A stretch of DNA of 64,000 nt, from UHGV virus genome UHGV-0038498; one strand, written 5' to 3'. The position numbers and the translations under genes were made by a program. Below the pieces are notes generated by a model that was not told where the DNA came from, searched no databases, and was given only the letters and a program-made list of their open reading frames with translations. The first letter of the stretch is position 1, and each line of letters starts with the position of its first letter. Below, piece after piece: positions 1 through 8,880 of the stretch. This stretch comes from a virus.

Positions 1-87
1 GTATCCGGTTATGCAGTTCGCTTTAACTCTCTGACTCCGGAACAGCAGCGCGACGTTATCGCTCGTACCTTTACTGAGAGCTTGTAA
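1..87 (+). CDS. 3' end of upstream CDS (partial, hypothetical)
   Basis: Open frame from window edge to TAA 85-87; stop overlaps next ATG (TAATG). Confidence 0.5.
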   Translation, partial: VSGYAVRFNSLTPEQQRDVIARTFTESL

Positions 88-308
88 TGGCAAAGATAAT
101 TATTGAAGGTTCTAAAGATGTGTTAAATGCTTTCGCAGAATGGTTTAGTAATTCAGGCGAACAGCAATTTAATGAAGCGTGGAATATGGGTGATATTGAT
201 GGAATTTATCCTACGACAGAAATTTCTGTTCAAGGATATGGCATTCATGAACCTATTCGTTTAGTTGAATATGATTTATGTACTGGTGAGGAAGTAGAAT
301 ATGATTGA
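87..308 (+). CDS. hypothetical protein (73 aa), vs.x-region small ORF
   Basis: ORF track; stop overlaps next start (ATGATTGA). Confidence 0.55.
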   Translation: MAKIIIEGSKDVLNAFAEWFSNSGEQQFNEAWNMGDIDGIYPTTEISVQGYGIHEPIRLVEYDLCTGEEVEYD

Positions 309-567
309 AGACATTAAAGGTTATAAGCCGCACACTGAAGAGAAAATCGGTAAAGTGAATGCTATCAAAGATGCTGAAGTTCGTTTAGGACTTATCTTTG
401 ATGCTTTATATGATGAATTCTGGGAAGCACTGGATAATTGTGAAGACTGTGAATTCGCGAAGAATTATGCTGAAAGCCTCGATCAGTTAACTATTGCTAA
501 AACGAAACTCAAAGAAGCTAGTATGTGGGCTTGTCGTGCTGTGTTACAACCAGAGGAAAAATATTAA
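301..567 (+). CDS. hypothetical protein (88 aa)
   Basis: ORF track; translationally coupled to neighbours. Confidence 0.55.
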   Translation: MIEDIKGYKPHTEEKIGKVNAIKDAEVRLGLIFDALYDEFWEALDNCEDCEFAKNYAESLDQLTIAKTKLKEASMWACRAVLQPEEKY

Positions 568-845
568 TGGCACAATTGCTATCAGGTTTTGGTACTCATT
601 ATTATGCAGCAGACCGTCGTGTATCTGTTGCTCCTAAGAAAATTCAAAGTCTTGATGACTTCCAAGAAGTAGTCCGTAAAGCTTTCCAGGATTATGCACG
701 TTATCTTAAAGAAGATTCACAAGACTGTCTAGAAGAAGATGAAATTGCTTACTACGAGCAGCGTCTTGAACAGCTTAAAAACCTACATGAGGTTCGTGCA
801 GAAGTTTCAAAGTCTATGAATAAATTGATTAGATTTAAAGAATAA
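567..845 (+). CDS. hypothetical protein (92 aa)
   Basis: In-frame ATG at 567 overlapping previous TAA, GAGG upstream; track ORF 525 begins at a non-ATG codon. Confidence 0.55.
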   Translation: MAQLLSGFGTHYYAADRRVSVAPKKIQSLDDFQEVVRKAFQDYARYLKEDSQDCLEEDEIAYYEQRLEQLKNLHEVRAEVSKSMNKLIRFKE

Positions 846-880
846 CTGTTTACTTTTCCTCTTGACTGTGGTATAATTTT
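845..880 (+). promoter_or_regulatory. T4-type early promoter (regB)
   Basis: GTTTAC -35, 18-bp spacer, TGGTATAAT extended -10. Confidence 0.65.
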
Positions 881-904
881 TCTATCAGTTAAGAGGAGAA
901 TAAC

Positions 905-1366
905 ATGACTATCAACACAGAAGTTTTTATCCGTCGAAATAAGCTTCGTCGTCACTTTGAGTCGGAGTTTCGTCAAATTAACAATGAGATTCGTGAGGCA
1001 TCAAAAGCAGCAGGGGTCTCATCGTTTCATCTAAAATATTCTCAGCATCTTCTTGATCGTGCAATTCAACGGGAGATTGATGAGACATATGTTTTTGAAT
1101 TATTCCACAAAATAAAAGACCATGTTTTAGAAGTTAATGAATTCCTGAGTATGCCTCCACGTCCTGACATTGACGAGGATTTTATTGATGGGGTTGAATA
1201 TCGTCCTGGACGTTTAGAAATCACAGATGGAAATCTTTGGCTTGGATTTACGGTTTGTAAACCTAATGCGAAGTTCAAAGACCCGTCACTTCAGTGCAGG
1301 ATGGCAATTATCAACAGTCGTCGTTTACCAGGAAAGGCTTCTAAAGCAGTAATTAAAACTCAATGA
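905..1366 (+). CDS. regB: RegB site-specific endoribonuclease
   Basis: 153 aa, start MTINTEVFIRRNKLRRHFESEF matches T4 RegB as recalled; early promoter directly upstream. Confidence 0.9.
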   Translation: MTINTEVFIRRNKLRRHFESEFRQINNEIREASKAAGVSSFHLKYSQHLLDRAIQREIDETYVFELFHKIKDHVLEVNEFLSMPPRPDIDEDFIDGVEYRPGRLEITDGNLWLGFTVCKPNAKFKDPSLQCRMAIINSRRLPGKASKAVIKTQ

Positions 1367-1373
1367 GGTAAGC

Positions 1374-1919
1374 ATGAGAAAAGCACTACTCGCTGGTCTA
1401 TTGGCCATTTCAATGATGGCACATAGCTCCGAGCATACTTTCAGTAATGTCCAACTCGATAACATGCGTTACGCATATCAATTCGGGGAACAATTTTCTA
1501 AGGATGGAAAATATAAAACACACAAAAATATCCATAAGAGCGGATTGGGTCATATAATGGCTGCTATTTTATGGCAAGAAAGCTCTGCCGGAGTTAATTT
1601 AAAATCTAAACCAAAGCATCATGCCTATGGAATGTTCCAAAATTATTTGCCGACCATGCGAGCAAGAGTTAAGGAACTTGGTTATAATATGACCGATGCT
1701 GAAATAAAAAGAATGTTGAATAAACGGTCCAATTCAGCTTCCTGGGCGTACATTGAACTTTCTTATTGGTTAAATATACATAAGGGCGATATAAGAAAAG
1801 CAATATCCTCTTATAATTCGGGATGGAATGTTAAAGCAGGTTCTAAATATGCTTCTGAAGTCCTAGAAAAGGCTAATTACCTTAAAAATAATAAACTTTT
1901 GGAAATAGTAAATGACTAA
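1374..1919 (+). CDS. secreted lytic transglycosylase-like protein (SLT motifs), T4 vs.1-like
   Basis: N-terminal signal peptide; E-S (WQESSAG), GMFQ and YNSG motifs typical of SLT domain. Confidence 0.7.
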   Translation: MRKALLAGLLAISMMAHSSEHTFSNVQLDNMRYAYQFGEQFSKDGKYKTHKNIHKSGLGHIMAAILWQESSAGVNLKSKPKHHAYGMFQNYLPTMRARVKELGYNMTDAEIKRMLNKRSNSASWAYIELSYWLNIHKGDIRKAISSYNSGWNVKAGSKYASEVLEKANYLKNNKLLEIVND

Positions 1920-2253
1920 AATTTTGGTTTTATGTATAGGATTAATTTCATTTTCTGCGTTAGCAGATACATCATATACTGAAATTAGAGAGTATGTAAA
2001 CCGTACTGCCGCGGATTATTGTGGGAAAAATAAAGCATGCCAAGCTGAATTTGCGCAGAAATTAATATATGCATATAAAGACGGAGAAAGAGATAAATCA
2101 AGCAGATACAAAAATGATACATTGTTAAAACGATATGCTAAAAAGTGGAATACTTTAGAATGTTCAATTGCGGAGGAGAAAGATAAAGCCGCTTGTCATT
2201 CAATGGTTGACCGTTTAGTAGATTCTTATAATCGAGGATTGAGTACTAGATGA
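1912..2253 (+). CDS. small secreted protein (113 aa), position of T4 vs
   Basis: ORF with signal-peptide-like N-terminus (LISFSALA); synteny. Confidence 0.55.
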   Translation: MTKILVLCIGLISFSALADTSYTEIREYVNRTAADYCGKNKACQAEFAQKLIYAYKDGERDKSSRYKNDTLLKRYAKKWNTLECSIAEEKDKAACHSMVDRLVDSYNRGLSTR

Positions 2254-2729
2254 TTGTAAAATATATCAAGGGCGATATTGTCGCCCTATTTCTTCAAGGT
2301 AATATTATTGCGCACGGGTGCAATTGCTTCCACACAATGGGCTCTGGCGTAGCAGGTCAATTAGCAAGAGCCTATCCCAAAATTTTAGAAATAGATAAAA
2401 CCACTACCGAGTACGGTTCTCGTGATAAATTAGGCGATATGTCTATTGTTTTTAAACATAGTCCTACAGGATTTGGTATATGCTATAACCTGTATACGCA
2501 ATACGAACCGGGTCCTAATCTTGATTATGGTGCTTTAGTAAACTGCATGATAGAATTAAATCTACAGGCAGAAACCCTTTTGTTTAAACCAGTAATTTAC
2601 ATTCCACGCATAGGTTGCGGTATTGCTGGTGGTGATTGGGATAAGGTTTCTAAATTAATCGACATGTTTACTCCTGATATTGATTTAATAGTGGTGGATT
2701 ATGAAAGTACATTACCCGCATCCGTTTGA
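2250..2729 (+). CDS. macrodomain protein, TARG1/DarG-like putative ADP-ribosyl hydrolase
   Basis: 159 aa; motifs GDIVAL..IAHGCNCFHTMGSGVAGQ and IPRIGCGIAGGDWDKV align to TARG1/OARD1 blocks. Confidence 0.65.
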   Translation: MIVKYIKGDIVALFLQGNIIAHGCNCFHTMGSGVAGQLARAYPKILEIDKTTTEYGSRDKLGDMSIVFKHSPTGFGICYNLYTQYEPGPNLDYGALVNCMIELNLQAETLLFKPVIYIPRIGCGIAGGDWDKVSKLIDMFTPDIDLIVVDYESTLPASV

Positions 2730-2913
2730 TCCTAAAAACAAAGTGGAAATTATTCGTCAATGGGAACGCATTTGCCGTACTAAATGCCCAATTAATAGTC
2801 CACATGATGTAAATAAAGACTATATTGGAACATTCGTTGAATATACCTTTATTGATAAGAAAGGTCGTAAACAACACGTAGAAGAATATTGCTTAAAGGT
2901 TACATGGTTATGA
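2701..2913 (+). CDS. hypothetical protein (70 aa)
   Basis: ORF track; overlaps neighbours. Confidence 0.45.
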   Translation: MKVHYPHPFDPKNKVEIIRQWERICRTKCPINSPHDVNKDYIGTFVEYTFIDKKGRKQHVEEYCLKVTWL

Positions 2914-3116
2914 GCCAAACTAGTATTCTTAAAAATGCTCATTGTGAAAAGTGTAAATGGCCGGTTGTTTTTGCTTTATGTAATGATGAAATGGCTTGTG
3001 ATTTCGATTATTGGTGCTATTGTTCTAATAAAGGATGCATCAATCATAAAGGTGAAGGATTTTATTCAGGATTTTATCCTTATCCTGATTTCGTTAAAGA
3101 AGGTAAACCAAAATGA
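2904..3116 (+). CDS. Cys-rich small protein (putative Zn-binding)
   Basis: 8 Cys in 70 aa (CEKCKW..CNDEMAC..CYCSNKGC); ATG at 2904/2910, track start 2889 is TTG. Confidence 0.5.
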   Translation: MVMSQTSILKNAHCEKCKWPVVFALCNDEMACDFDYWCYCSNKGCINHKGEGFYSGFYPYPDFVKEGKPK

Positions 3117-3289
3117 ATAGTTTTGAGCTACAATATGAAGTGTTACGTGAACTTGATAATTTGATTGAACTAGCTGTTAATAAAGGTTTTGCCATTGGAA
3201 TTGGCCAAAAAGATACTGATCATTTAACTATGGAAATATTTAAGCAAAAGCGAATTATTTTAAAACTTTTGGGGATTGACATATTGTGA
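3113..3289 (+). CDS. hypothetical protein (58 aa)
   Basis: ATG overlapping previous TGA (ATGA); below track size cutoff, hand-translated. Confidence 0.4.
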   Translation: MNSFELQYEVLRELDNLIELAVNKGFAIGIGQKDTDHLTMEIFKQKRIILKLLGIDIL

Positions 3290-3471
3290 GCCTAAGCAAA
3301 GAACAAAAAGACAGACTGTTTTCTCTTATTCATGAAGTTATGGATAAAAACAATGAATTGGAAAAAGTTTGTGATGAATGCGGTCCTTTTAATACCGACG
3401 AATACGAAGAACTGTGTAAAGATTTCGACGATAAAGAACAAGAACTTATTGATTATATAAATTCCTTATGA
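3286..3471 (+). CDS. hypothetical protein (61 aa)
   Basis: ORF track; GTG start overlapping preceding stop. Confidence 0.45.
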   Translation: MSLSKEQKDRLFSLIHEVMDKNNELEKVCDECGPFNTDEYEELCKDFDDKEQELIDYINSL

Positions 3472-3656
3472 TTACTCGCGAACAAAAGAATGAAATACGA
3501 TTTTTAATCAGCGAAATTGTTAGTTTAGAACGAGATTTATCTTTTGAAGCGGCTTCAGATTATGGAGATGCTGAAACATATTACGAATTAGTAAAATCTA
3601 TCGATAAAGCTGAAAATGATTTAGAAACATATTTAGAAAATTTAACTAAGGACTAA
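3468..3656 (+). CDS. hypothetical protein (62 aa)
   Basis: ORF track; immediately upstream of tk. Confidence 0.5.
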   Translation: MITREQKNEIRFLISEIVSLERDLSFEAASDYGDAETYYELVKSIDKAENDLETYLENLTKD

Positions 3657-3657
3657 G

Positions 3658-4239
3658 ATGGCGAGTTTAATTTTTACTTATGCAGCAATGAATGCTGGAA
3701 AATCTGCTTCTCTTTTGACTGCTGCACATAATTATAAAGAACGCGGAATGGGTGTATTAGTTCTTAAACCTGCTATTGATACTCGCGATTCTGTCTGTGA
3801 AGTCGTTTCTCGCATTGGAATTAAACAGGAAGCGAATATTATTACGGATGATATGGATATTTTTGAGTTCTATAAATGGGCTGAAGCACAAAAAGATATT
3901 CATTGTGTATTTGTAGATGAAGCCCAGTTTTTAAAAACTGAACAGGTGCATCAATTAAGCCGAATTGTTGATACATATAATGTTCCTGTTATGGCTTATG
4001 GTCTAAGGACTGATTTCGCTGGAAAATTATTTGAAGGTTCTAAAGAACTTTTGGCGATTGCAGATAAACTTATTGAACTAAAAGCAGTTTGTCATTGTGG
4101 TAAAAAAGCTATTATGACAGCTCGATTAATGGAAGATGGAACACCAGTTAAAGAAGGTAATCAAATCTGTATTGGTGATGAAATTTATGTTTCTTTGTGT
4201 AGAAAACATTGGAATGAATTAACTAAAAAGCTCGGTTAG
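3658..4239 (+). CDS. tk: thymidine kinase
   Basis: 193 aa; P-loop NAGKSASL, VDEAQF, C-terminal Cys pairs; matches T4 Tk length. Confidence 0.92.
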   Translation: MASLIFTYAAMNAGKSASLLTAAHNYKERGMGVLVLKPAIDTRDSVCEVVSRIGIKQEANIITDDMDIFEFYKWAEAQKDIHCVFVDEAQFLKTEQVHQLSRIVDTYNVPVMAYGLRTDFAGKLFEGSKELLAIADKLIELKAVCHCGKKAIMTARLMEDGTPVKEGNQICIGDEIYVSLCRKHWNELTKKLG

Positions 4240-4248
4240 TGCAAAAGT

Positions 4249-4256
4249 TATAAATA
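4249..4256 (+). promoter_or_regulatory. late promoter TATAAATA (rI region)
   Basis: Exact TATAAATA about 30 nt upstream of ATG 4282. Confidence 0.5.
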
Positions 4257-4281
4257 GGTTTATCTAACTAAAGGGGTATAT

Positions 4282-4494
4282 ATGCTACAATTAACTGAAA
4301 AGCAACTTCGCAATCTTACTGTTCTTCAATTAGATGAAATTCGTAGGGAAGTTGGAAATATCATTTCAGCTTTGCGTCGAGAAGTATCACTCAACCAATC
4401 TCCGGCAGACTATACTAGATTGCGAAATTTTGAAAAATACCTTGATAAAGTTAAGGCCGTGCATCGGCATAAAGTAAATACAGGACAAAAATGA
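4282..4494 (+). CDS. hypothetical protein (70 aa), T4 rI.-1 position
   Basis: ORF track; TATAAATA late promoter 4249-4256 upstream. Confidence 0.6.
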
Positions 4495-4506
4495 TAGGAG
4501 GCCTTT

Positions 4507-4800
4507 ATGGCCTTAAAAGCAACGGCACTATTTGCCATGCTAGGATTAGCATTTGCTTTATCTCCACCGATTGAAACGAATGTCGATCCTCATTTTGATA
4601 AATTTATGGAATCTGGTATTAGACACGTTTATATGCTTTTTGAAAATAAAAGCGTAGAATCATCTGAACAGTTCTATAGTTTTATGCGAACGACTTATAA
4701 AAATGACCCGTGCTCTTCCGATTTTGAATGTATAGAGCGCGGCGCGGAGATGGCACAATCATACGCTAGAATTATGAACATTAAATTGGAGACTGAATGA
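4507..4800 (+). CDS. rI: lysis inhibition regulator rI (antiholin)
   Basis: 97 aa, MALKATALFAML...IMNIKLETE matches T4 RI as recalled; N-terminal signal-anchor. Confidence 0.9.
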   Translation: MALKATALFAMLGLAFALSPPIETNVDPHFDKFMESGIRHVYMLFENKSVESSEQFYSFMRTTYKNDPCSSDFECIERGAEMAQSYARIMNIKLETE

Positions 4801-5183
4801 AATTCAGCGACTTTTCACAAAGTGGAAAACCTTCAAAGGCAGATGAATACTTAGGTTTATTAATGGCTGCACAAGCTTATTTTCATTCTGCACATTTTGA
4901 AACTAAAAGTTATGCTAGACACAAAGCATACGATTTTATTTTCTCTGAGTTGCCAGATTTGATTGATAAATTTGGTGAGCAATATTTGGGGTATTCTGGT
5001 AGAAAATACACGCCTTCTATTCCAGATGCCAGTAAACTTCCTACCGACACAATTAAAATGATTGATCGCATACTAGACCAATCTAACAGCATTTACAAAG
5101 AAATGCCTCCAGCCATTCAAAGCACGATAGATGATATTACTGGAATGTTTTACCAGAGTAAGTATCTTCTTTCCCTCGAATAA
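4797..5183 (+). CDS. hypothetical protein (128 aa), rI.1-like
   Basis: ORF track; followed by UUCG terminator. Confidence 0.6.
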   Translation: MKFSDFSQSGKPSKADEYLGLLMAAQAYFHSAHFETKSYARHKAYDFIFSELPDLIDKFGEQYLGYSGRKYTPSIPDASKLPTDTIKMIDRILDQSNSIYKEMPPAIQSTIDDITGMFYQSKYLLSLE

Positions 5184-5188
5184 CAATA

Positions 5189-5212
5189 GTCTCCTTCGGG
5201 AGACTTTTTTCA
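5189..5212 (+). terminator. intrinsic terminator, UUCG tetraloop
   Basis: AGTCTCC-TTCG-GGAGACT then T6. Confidence 0.7.
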
Positions 5213-5214
5213 TT

Positions 5215-5255
5215 TTACCGGTTTACTTTCCATTTGAGCTGTGATACTATACAAC
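5215..5255 (+). promoter_or_regulatory. T4-type early promoter, cassette shared with 45542-45582
   Basis: TTTTTCATTTTACCGGTTTACTTTCCA repeated verbatim at both sites downstream of a UUCG terminator. Confidence 0.6.
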
Positions 5256-5278
5256 CATCGGATAAAGAGGAGAACATC

Positions 5279-5467
5279 ATGAAAATTGAAGCACTTAATC
5301 AAGAAGGAAATATCTACGTTATCATTAATGGTGATTTTTTCGTCGACATGGATGAAGTTACTAGTGAAGAACTTGTAGAACTTCTTAAGAAACGTTATGA
5401 TATGTGTGATGAAGCTGCAACTCATATGGCGTGTGCAATATTCTCTCTTTCATATGTGGTGGAATAA
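5279..5467 (+). CDS. hypothetical protein (62 aa)
   Basis: First ATG after early promoter 5215-5255 with GAGGAG SD. Confidence 0.55.
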   Translation: MKIEALNQEGNIYVIINGDFFVDMDEVTSEELVELLKKRYDMCDEAATHMACAIFSLSYVVE

Positions 5468-5670
5468 TGATTAGTATTGAACAAGCAGATAAAATTAAAG
5501 AATTGGTAGCTTTAATTCGCAAAGCAGATGAGGAACTTAGTGACTTTGCTTGGTTTTCGTCGGGCATTGCAAATAAAGGTGCTGAAGAACTTGAAGCTAA
5601 AGTTGATAATGCTGTAGAAGCTTTAGACATGTTTCTTGATGAAATTATCGATCACAATACGAGAGTTTAA
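5467..5670 (+). CDS. hypothetical protein (67 aa)
   Basis: ATG overlapping previous TAA (TAATG). Confidence 0.5.
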   Translation: MISIEQADKIKELVALIRKADEELSDFAWFSSGIANKGAEELEAKVDNAVEALDMFLDEIIDHNTRV

Positions 5671-5672
5671 GT

Positions 5673-5867
5673 ATGCTAACACGTGAACAGTTTGAAAAAA
5701 TCATTAAATTAGCACGTGATATTGAAATAGATTCATACCAATTGGCAGTTGAGCATTGTGAAGGATATTCATACGATGGTATAGAAGCAGCTAAAAAGGA
5801 TTTGGATAAATCCAAAGCTAAGTTAGTTCAATATCTTGAAATGATTAGGTGGAATAATGAAAACTGA
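5673..5867 (+). CDS. hypothetical protein (64 aa)
   Basis: ORF track. Confidence 0.5.
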   Translation: MLTREQFEKIIKLARDIEIDSYQLAVEHCEGYSYDGIEAAKKDLDKSKAKLVQYLEMIRWNNEN

Positions 5868-6030
5868 AAAGCAGATGTTTTTAATGAAGCTAATTGAAGA
5901 ATATGCTAATGCAGTTTCTGACTATGAGTATTCTGCTCGAGAAAGAGGTACAGCTTTCGCAAAGGAAGAAATGAAAATCATGGTTGATGCTCACACAAAG
6001 CTTCAGAATTTTATTGAAAACGTCATTTAA
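5857..6030 (+). CDS. hypothetical protein (57 aa)
   Basis: Hand-translated (below track cutoff); ATG overlaps previous stop. Confidence 0.4.
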   Translation: MKTEKQMFLMKLIEEYANAVSDYEYSARERGTAFAKEEMKIMVDAHTKLQNFIENVI

Positions 6031-6068
6031 CGGTTTACAAGTTGGCAAGGTTATGGTATAGTAATCTT
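6028..6068 (+). promoter_or_regulatory. T4-type early promoter
   Basis: GTTTAC ... TGGTATAGT; imperfect inverted repeat flanks -10. Confidence 0.55.
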
Positions 6069-6197
6069 GTCAACTGCCAAGGAGAAGAGAATGAAAGTTT
6101 TGTTTGTTGTGTATGTGATGATTCAATATAATTACCCGATGTTTACTTATAATCTGGTGAACAACATTATTGATATTATTCAAAGGAGTATGTAATT

Positions 6198-6764
6198 GTG
6201 AGTGAGTCAAAGAGAATCAATATGAAACGATTAGTATTAGAAGTTAGTCCACTTTTTGGCGAATTGGCTATAGAAAAAGTAAATAACATGTATCGTTTGA
6301 CGCAAGAAGACGATATGCTATATTTTACGCCTAGTGAAATCATTCATTTAACCCAAATTGAATATCCTTATACTGATAAAATAGTAAGCATCAATGATGA
6401 GCACAAAATTCATTTTTATTCTTCATGCCCAGGATTTAATATTAAAAGTGAGTCAATGTGTTTATCAGTTATCCATTGGGACAGTTTTATAGATAAGATT
6501 AAATATTTTTATTATTCTAATGAAAGAAAACATAGTTTAAAATGGTTTAAAAAATGCAATGCTATTATTACTAACGCTTGCGATCAGTGCGATCAAAATG
6601 ATGAAACTGTTTTAAACGTATCAAAATGTTATGAAGATGGAGATGTCTTAACTATTCGTCAAATTGATGATTTTCGATCGCATATTGTCACATTTACCAA
6701 AGACGAAGCTATTGCGCTAAAGACTTATCTTGATTCTGTCATTCCAACTATGATTTCAAAGTGA
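6198..6764 (+). CDS. hypothetical protein (188 aa), paralogue of 6771-7292
   Basis: GTG start 9 nt after AAGGAG; C-terminus EAIALKTYLDSVIPTM resembles next ORF. Confidence 0.55.
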   Translation: MSESKRINMKRLVLEVSPLFGELAIEKVNNMYRLTQEDDMLYFTPSEIIHLTQIEYPYTDKIVSINDEHKIHFYSSCPGFNIKSESMCLSVIHWDSFIDKIKYFYYSNERKHSLKWFKKCNAIITNACDQCDQNDETVLNVSKCYEDGDVLTIRQIDDFRSHIVTFTKDEAIALKTYLDSVIPTMISK

Positions 6765-6770
6765 GGAAAT

Positions 6771-7292
6771 ATGTTTATTTCAAGTGGAAGTGGTTTAATT
6801 CGCGTTGAATTTAAAAATGACATCTTCTTTATTCAAGGAGATGATATTATTAAAATGAGTTATGATGAAATTAAGAAAATTTGTAATGCTCTTGAAAATC
6901 ATGGAAAGGTGAATGCTGTCATTGATATTGGCGATTTATGGGTGACACTTTATGAAATATCCGAAGGATTTAACATTGAAGATGAAAACAACATCTTAGC
7001 TATTGATAAAAGAAGTGATTTGTTTGATGTGTTAAAAGTTTATGAACAGTCAAACGGTGGAAGAAAAGCTGTATTAGTTTATCAACAACCACATTCATGT
7101 GGAACTGCTTCAATCATTTCAAATATTGAAGGCGAAGTTGATACTTACATGTGTGTTTTAAAGGCTGGCGGTGACCGTCATCCAGATTTTGTTTCTATTC
7201 GCCAAAACGGTGAAGAAATTTCATTGTCAAAATCAGAAGCTGAGGCTATGATTAAGTATTTAACATACGTTACACCTTCAATGAAAGGATGA
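6771..7292 (+). CDS. hypothetical protein (173 aa), paralogue of 6198-6764
   Basis: C-terminus EAEAMIKYLTYVTPSM shared with preceding ORF. Confidence 0.6.
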   Translation: MFISSGSGLIRVEFKNDIFFIQGDDIIKMSYDEIKKICNALENHGKVNAVIDIGDLWVTLYEISEGFNIEDENNILAIDKRSDLFDVLKVYEQSNGGRKAVLVYQQPHSCGTASIISNIEGEVDTYMCVLKAGGDRHPDFVSIRQNGEEISLSKSEAEAMIKYLTYVTPSMKG

Positions 7293-7756
7293 TTATGATT
7301 ATTAATGAAAACTCTTGGCATTATAAATTATTCAAAATGTTTAACGACGAATGGAAACGACCTAAGACATTGTGTGCATACTTTTGGTCTATTGTTATTC
7401 CTACATTTTTCGTTTCTTTTTTCGGATGTACTATACTCGCAGGTCTAACTATTATCTGTGCAGAAATCATACAGAAATGGCTTATTTTTGGTAGTTTATG
7501 GACTCTTATTCCATCAGCATTTATACTTGCCATTTTGCTTGTTTTACTTATTATTGGTTCATTTGTTATTCCTGCACAACTGCATGAAAAATATAAAGAT
7601 TATAAATGGAAAAAGGATTATGCTTTACATGTAGAAAATATTGATAGGGCGTATAAAGGTTTACCTCCTATTCAACCCAAGAAATCTATTATCGTCGAAT
7701 TTTTAAAAGCGCGTAAAGCTAAAGTATGTCCTGTTATTGAATATAAGGCTGAATGA
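7289..7756 (+). CDS. small integral membrane protein (155 aa)
   Basis: Two or three strongly hydrophobic segments; ATGA overlaps both sides. Confidence 0.6.
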   Translation: MIMIINENSWHYKLFKMFNDEWKRPKTLCAYFWSIVIPTFFVSFFGCTILAGLTIICAEIIQKWLIFGSLWTLIPSAFILAILLVLLIIGSFVIPAQLHEKYKDYKWKKDYALHVENIDRAYKGLPPIQPKKSIIVEFLKARKAKVCPVIEYKAE

Positions 7757-8766
7757 TGAAAACAGTAATGAAAAGCTATTTTGGTAGTCATCTTTATGGA
7801 ACTTCTACTCCAGAATCTGATGTAGATTTTAAAGAAATCTTTGTTCCTCCTGCTCGCGACATTCTTATTGGAAATGTTAAAGAGCATATGAGTAAAAACA
7901 CTAACAACACATCATCTAAAAACACTAAAGATGATATTGACCATGAACTATACAGTCTTAAATATTTCTTTAAATTAGCAGCAGATGGTGAAACTGTAGC
8001 ATTGGATATGCTCCATACTCCACCTGAGTTAGTGGTTAAATCTGATTTGCCTGATGTATGGAAGTTTATTCAAGACAATCGTTCTCGTTTTTATACGACT
8101 AACATGAAATCCTATTTAGGATATGTTCGCAAGCAAGCTTCTAAATACGGCGTCAAGGGTTCTCGTTTGGCCGCATTGCGCGATGTATTGAAAGTAGTTA
8201 ATCAAATCCCCGATCAGTGGGTTGATTATCAAGAAGGAATCCCTGATAGACTTCGTCGTACTAAGGTAGAAGATATCAAACACAGACTCCCTGAAAACGA
8301 GTTCTGTGAATGGGTATTCCATAATCATGAGAAAACAGGCCCACAAACGTTCTACACTGTGTTGGGTCGTAAATATCAGACAACACTTTCTCTTATTGAA
8401 CTTAAGCAATCTTTGAATAAACTTGATGCCGAATACGGTGAACGCGCTCGTAAGGCTGAAGCGAATGAGGGCATTGACTGGAAAGCTCTGAGTCATGCTT
8501 GTCGTGGTGGACTCCAACTATTGGAAATTTACAAAACTGGTGACTTAGTCTATCCACTTCAAGACGCTCCATTTATTCTCGACGTGAAGCTGGGTAAACA
8601 CCCATTTAAAACTGTTCAAGAGTTTTTGGAAGATGTGGTCGATCAAGTAGAAGCAGCATCCATTGAAGCTTCTAAGAACGGTATGCAGCAAAAAGTAGAC
8701 ATGGGTTTCTGGGATGACTTCCTTGAGAGGGTTTATCTTGAAAACCACCGAAGTTATTATAAATGA
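7753..8766 (+). CDS. Pol-beta-superfamily nucleotidyltransferase-like protein
   Basis: 337 aa; N-terminal GS-x10-DVD motif (SYFGSHLYGTSTPESDVDF); terminator follows. Confidence 0.6.
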   Translation: MMKTVMKSYFGSHLYGTSTPESDVDFKEIFVPPARDILIGNVKEHMSKNTNNTSSKNTKDDIDHELYSLKYFFKLAADGETVALDMLHTPPELVVKSDLPDVWKFIQDNRSRFYTTNMKSYLGYVRKQASKYGVKGSRLAALRDVLKVVNQIPDQWVDYQEGIPDRLRRTKVEDIKHRLPENEFCEWVFHNHEKTGPQTFYTVLGRKYQTTLSLIELKQSLNKLDAEYGERARKAEANEGIDWKALSHACRGGLQLLEIYKTGDLVYPLQDAPFILDVKLGKHPFKTVQEFLEDVVDQVEAASIEASKNGMQQKVDMGFWDDFLERVYLENHRSYYK

Positions 8767-8768
8767 TA

Positions 8769-8793
8769 GGGAGCCTTCGGGCTCCCTTTTTTA
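8769..8793 (+). terminator. intrinsic terminator, UUCG tetraloop
   Basis: GGGAGCC-TTCG-GGCTCCC then T6. Confidence 0.75.
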
Positions 8794-8798
8794 TTTCA

Positions 8799-8850
8799 AA
8801 ATTTTTTCACAAAACGGTTTACAAGCATAAAGCTTTATGGTACTATACAA
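8799..8850 (+). promoter_or_regulatory. early promoter cassette, copy A
   Basis: A/T-rich UP element, GTTTAC, TGGTACTAT; 50 bp downstream identical to copy at 36009-36058. Confidence 0.65.
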
Positions 8851-8880
8851 CTATCAACTGATACGGATTTGGAGAATAAA

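Noticed and set aside
2935-3120. 61-aa alternative-frame ORF
   Set aside because: Overlaps the Cys-rich ORF 2904-3116 on the same strand; hydrophobic low-complexity translation typical of an AT-rich off-frame
8116-8517. 133-aa minus-strand ORF
   Set aside because: Lies wholly inside the well-supported plus-strand nucleotidyltransferase-like gene; no start context
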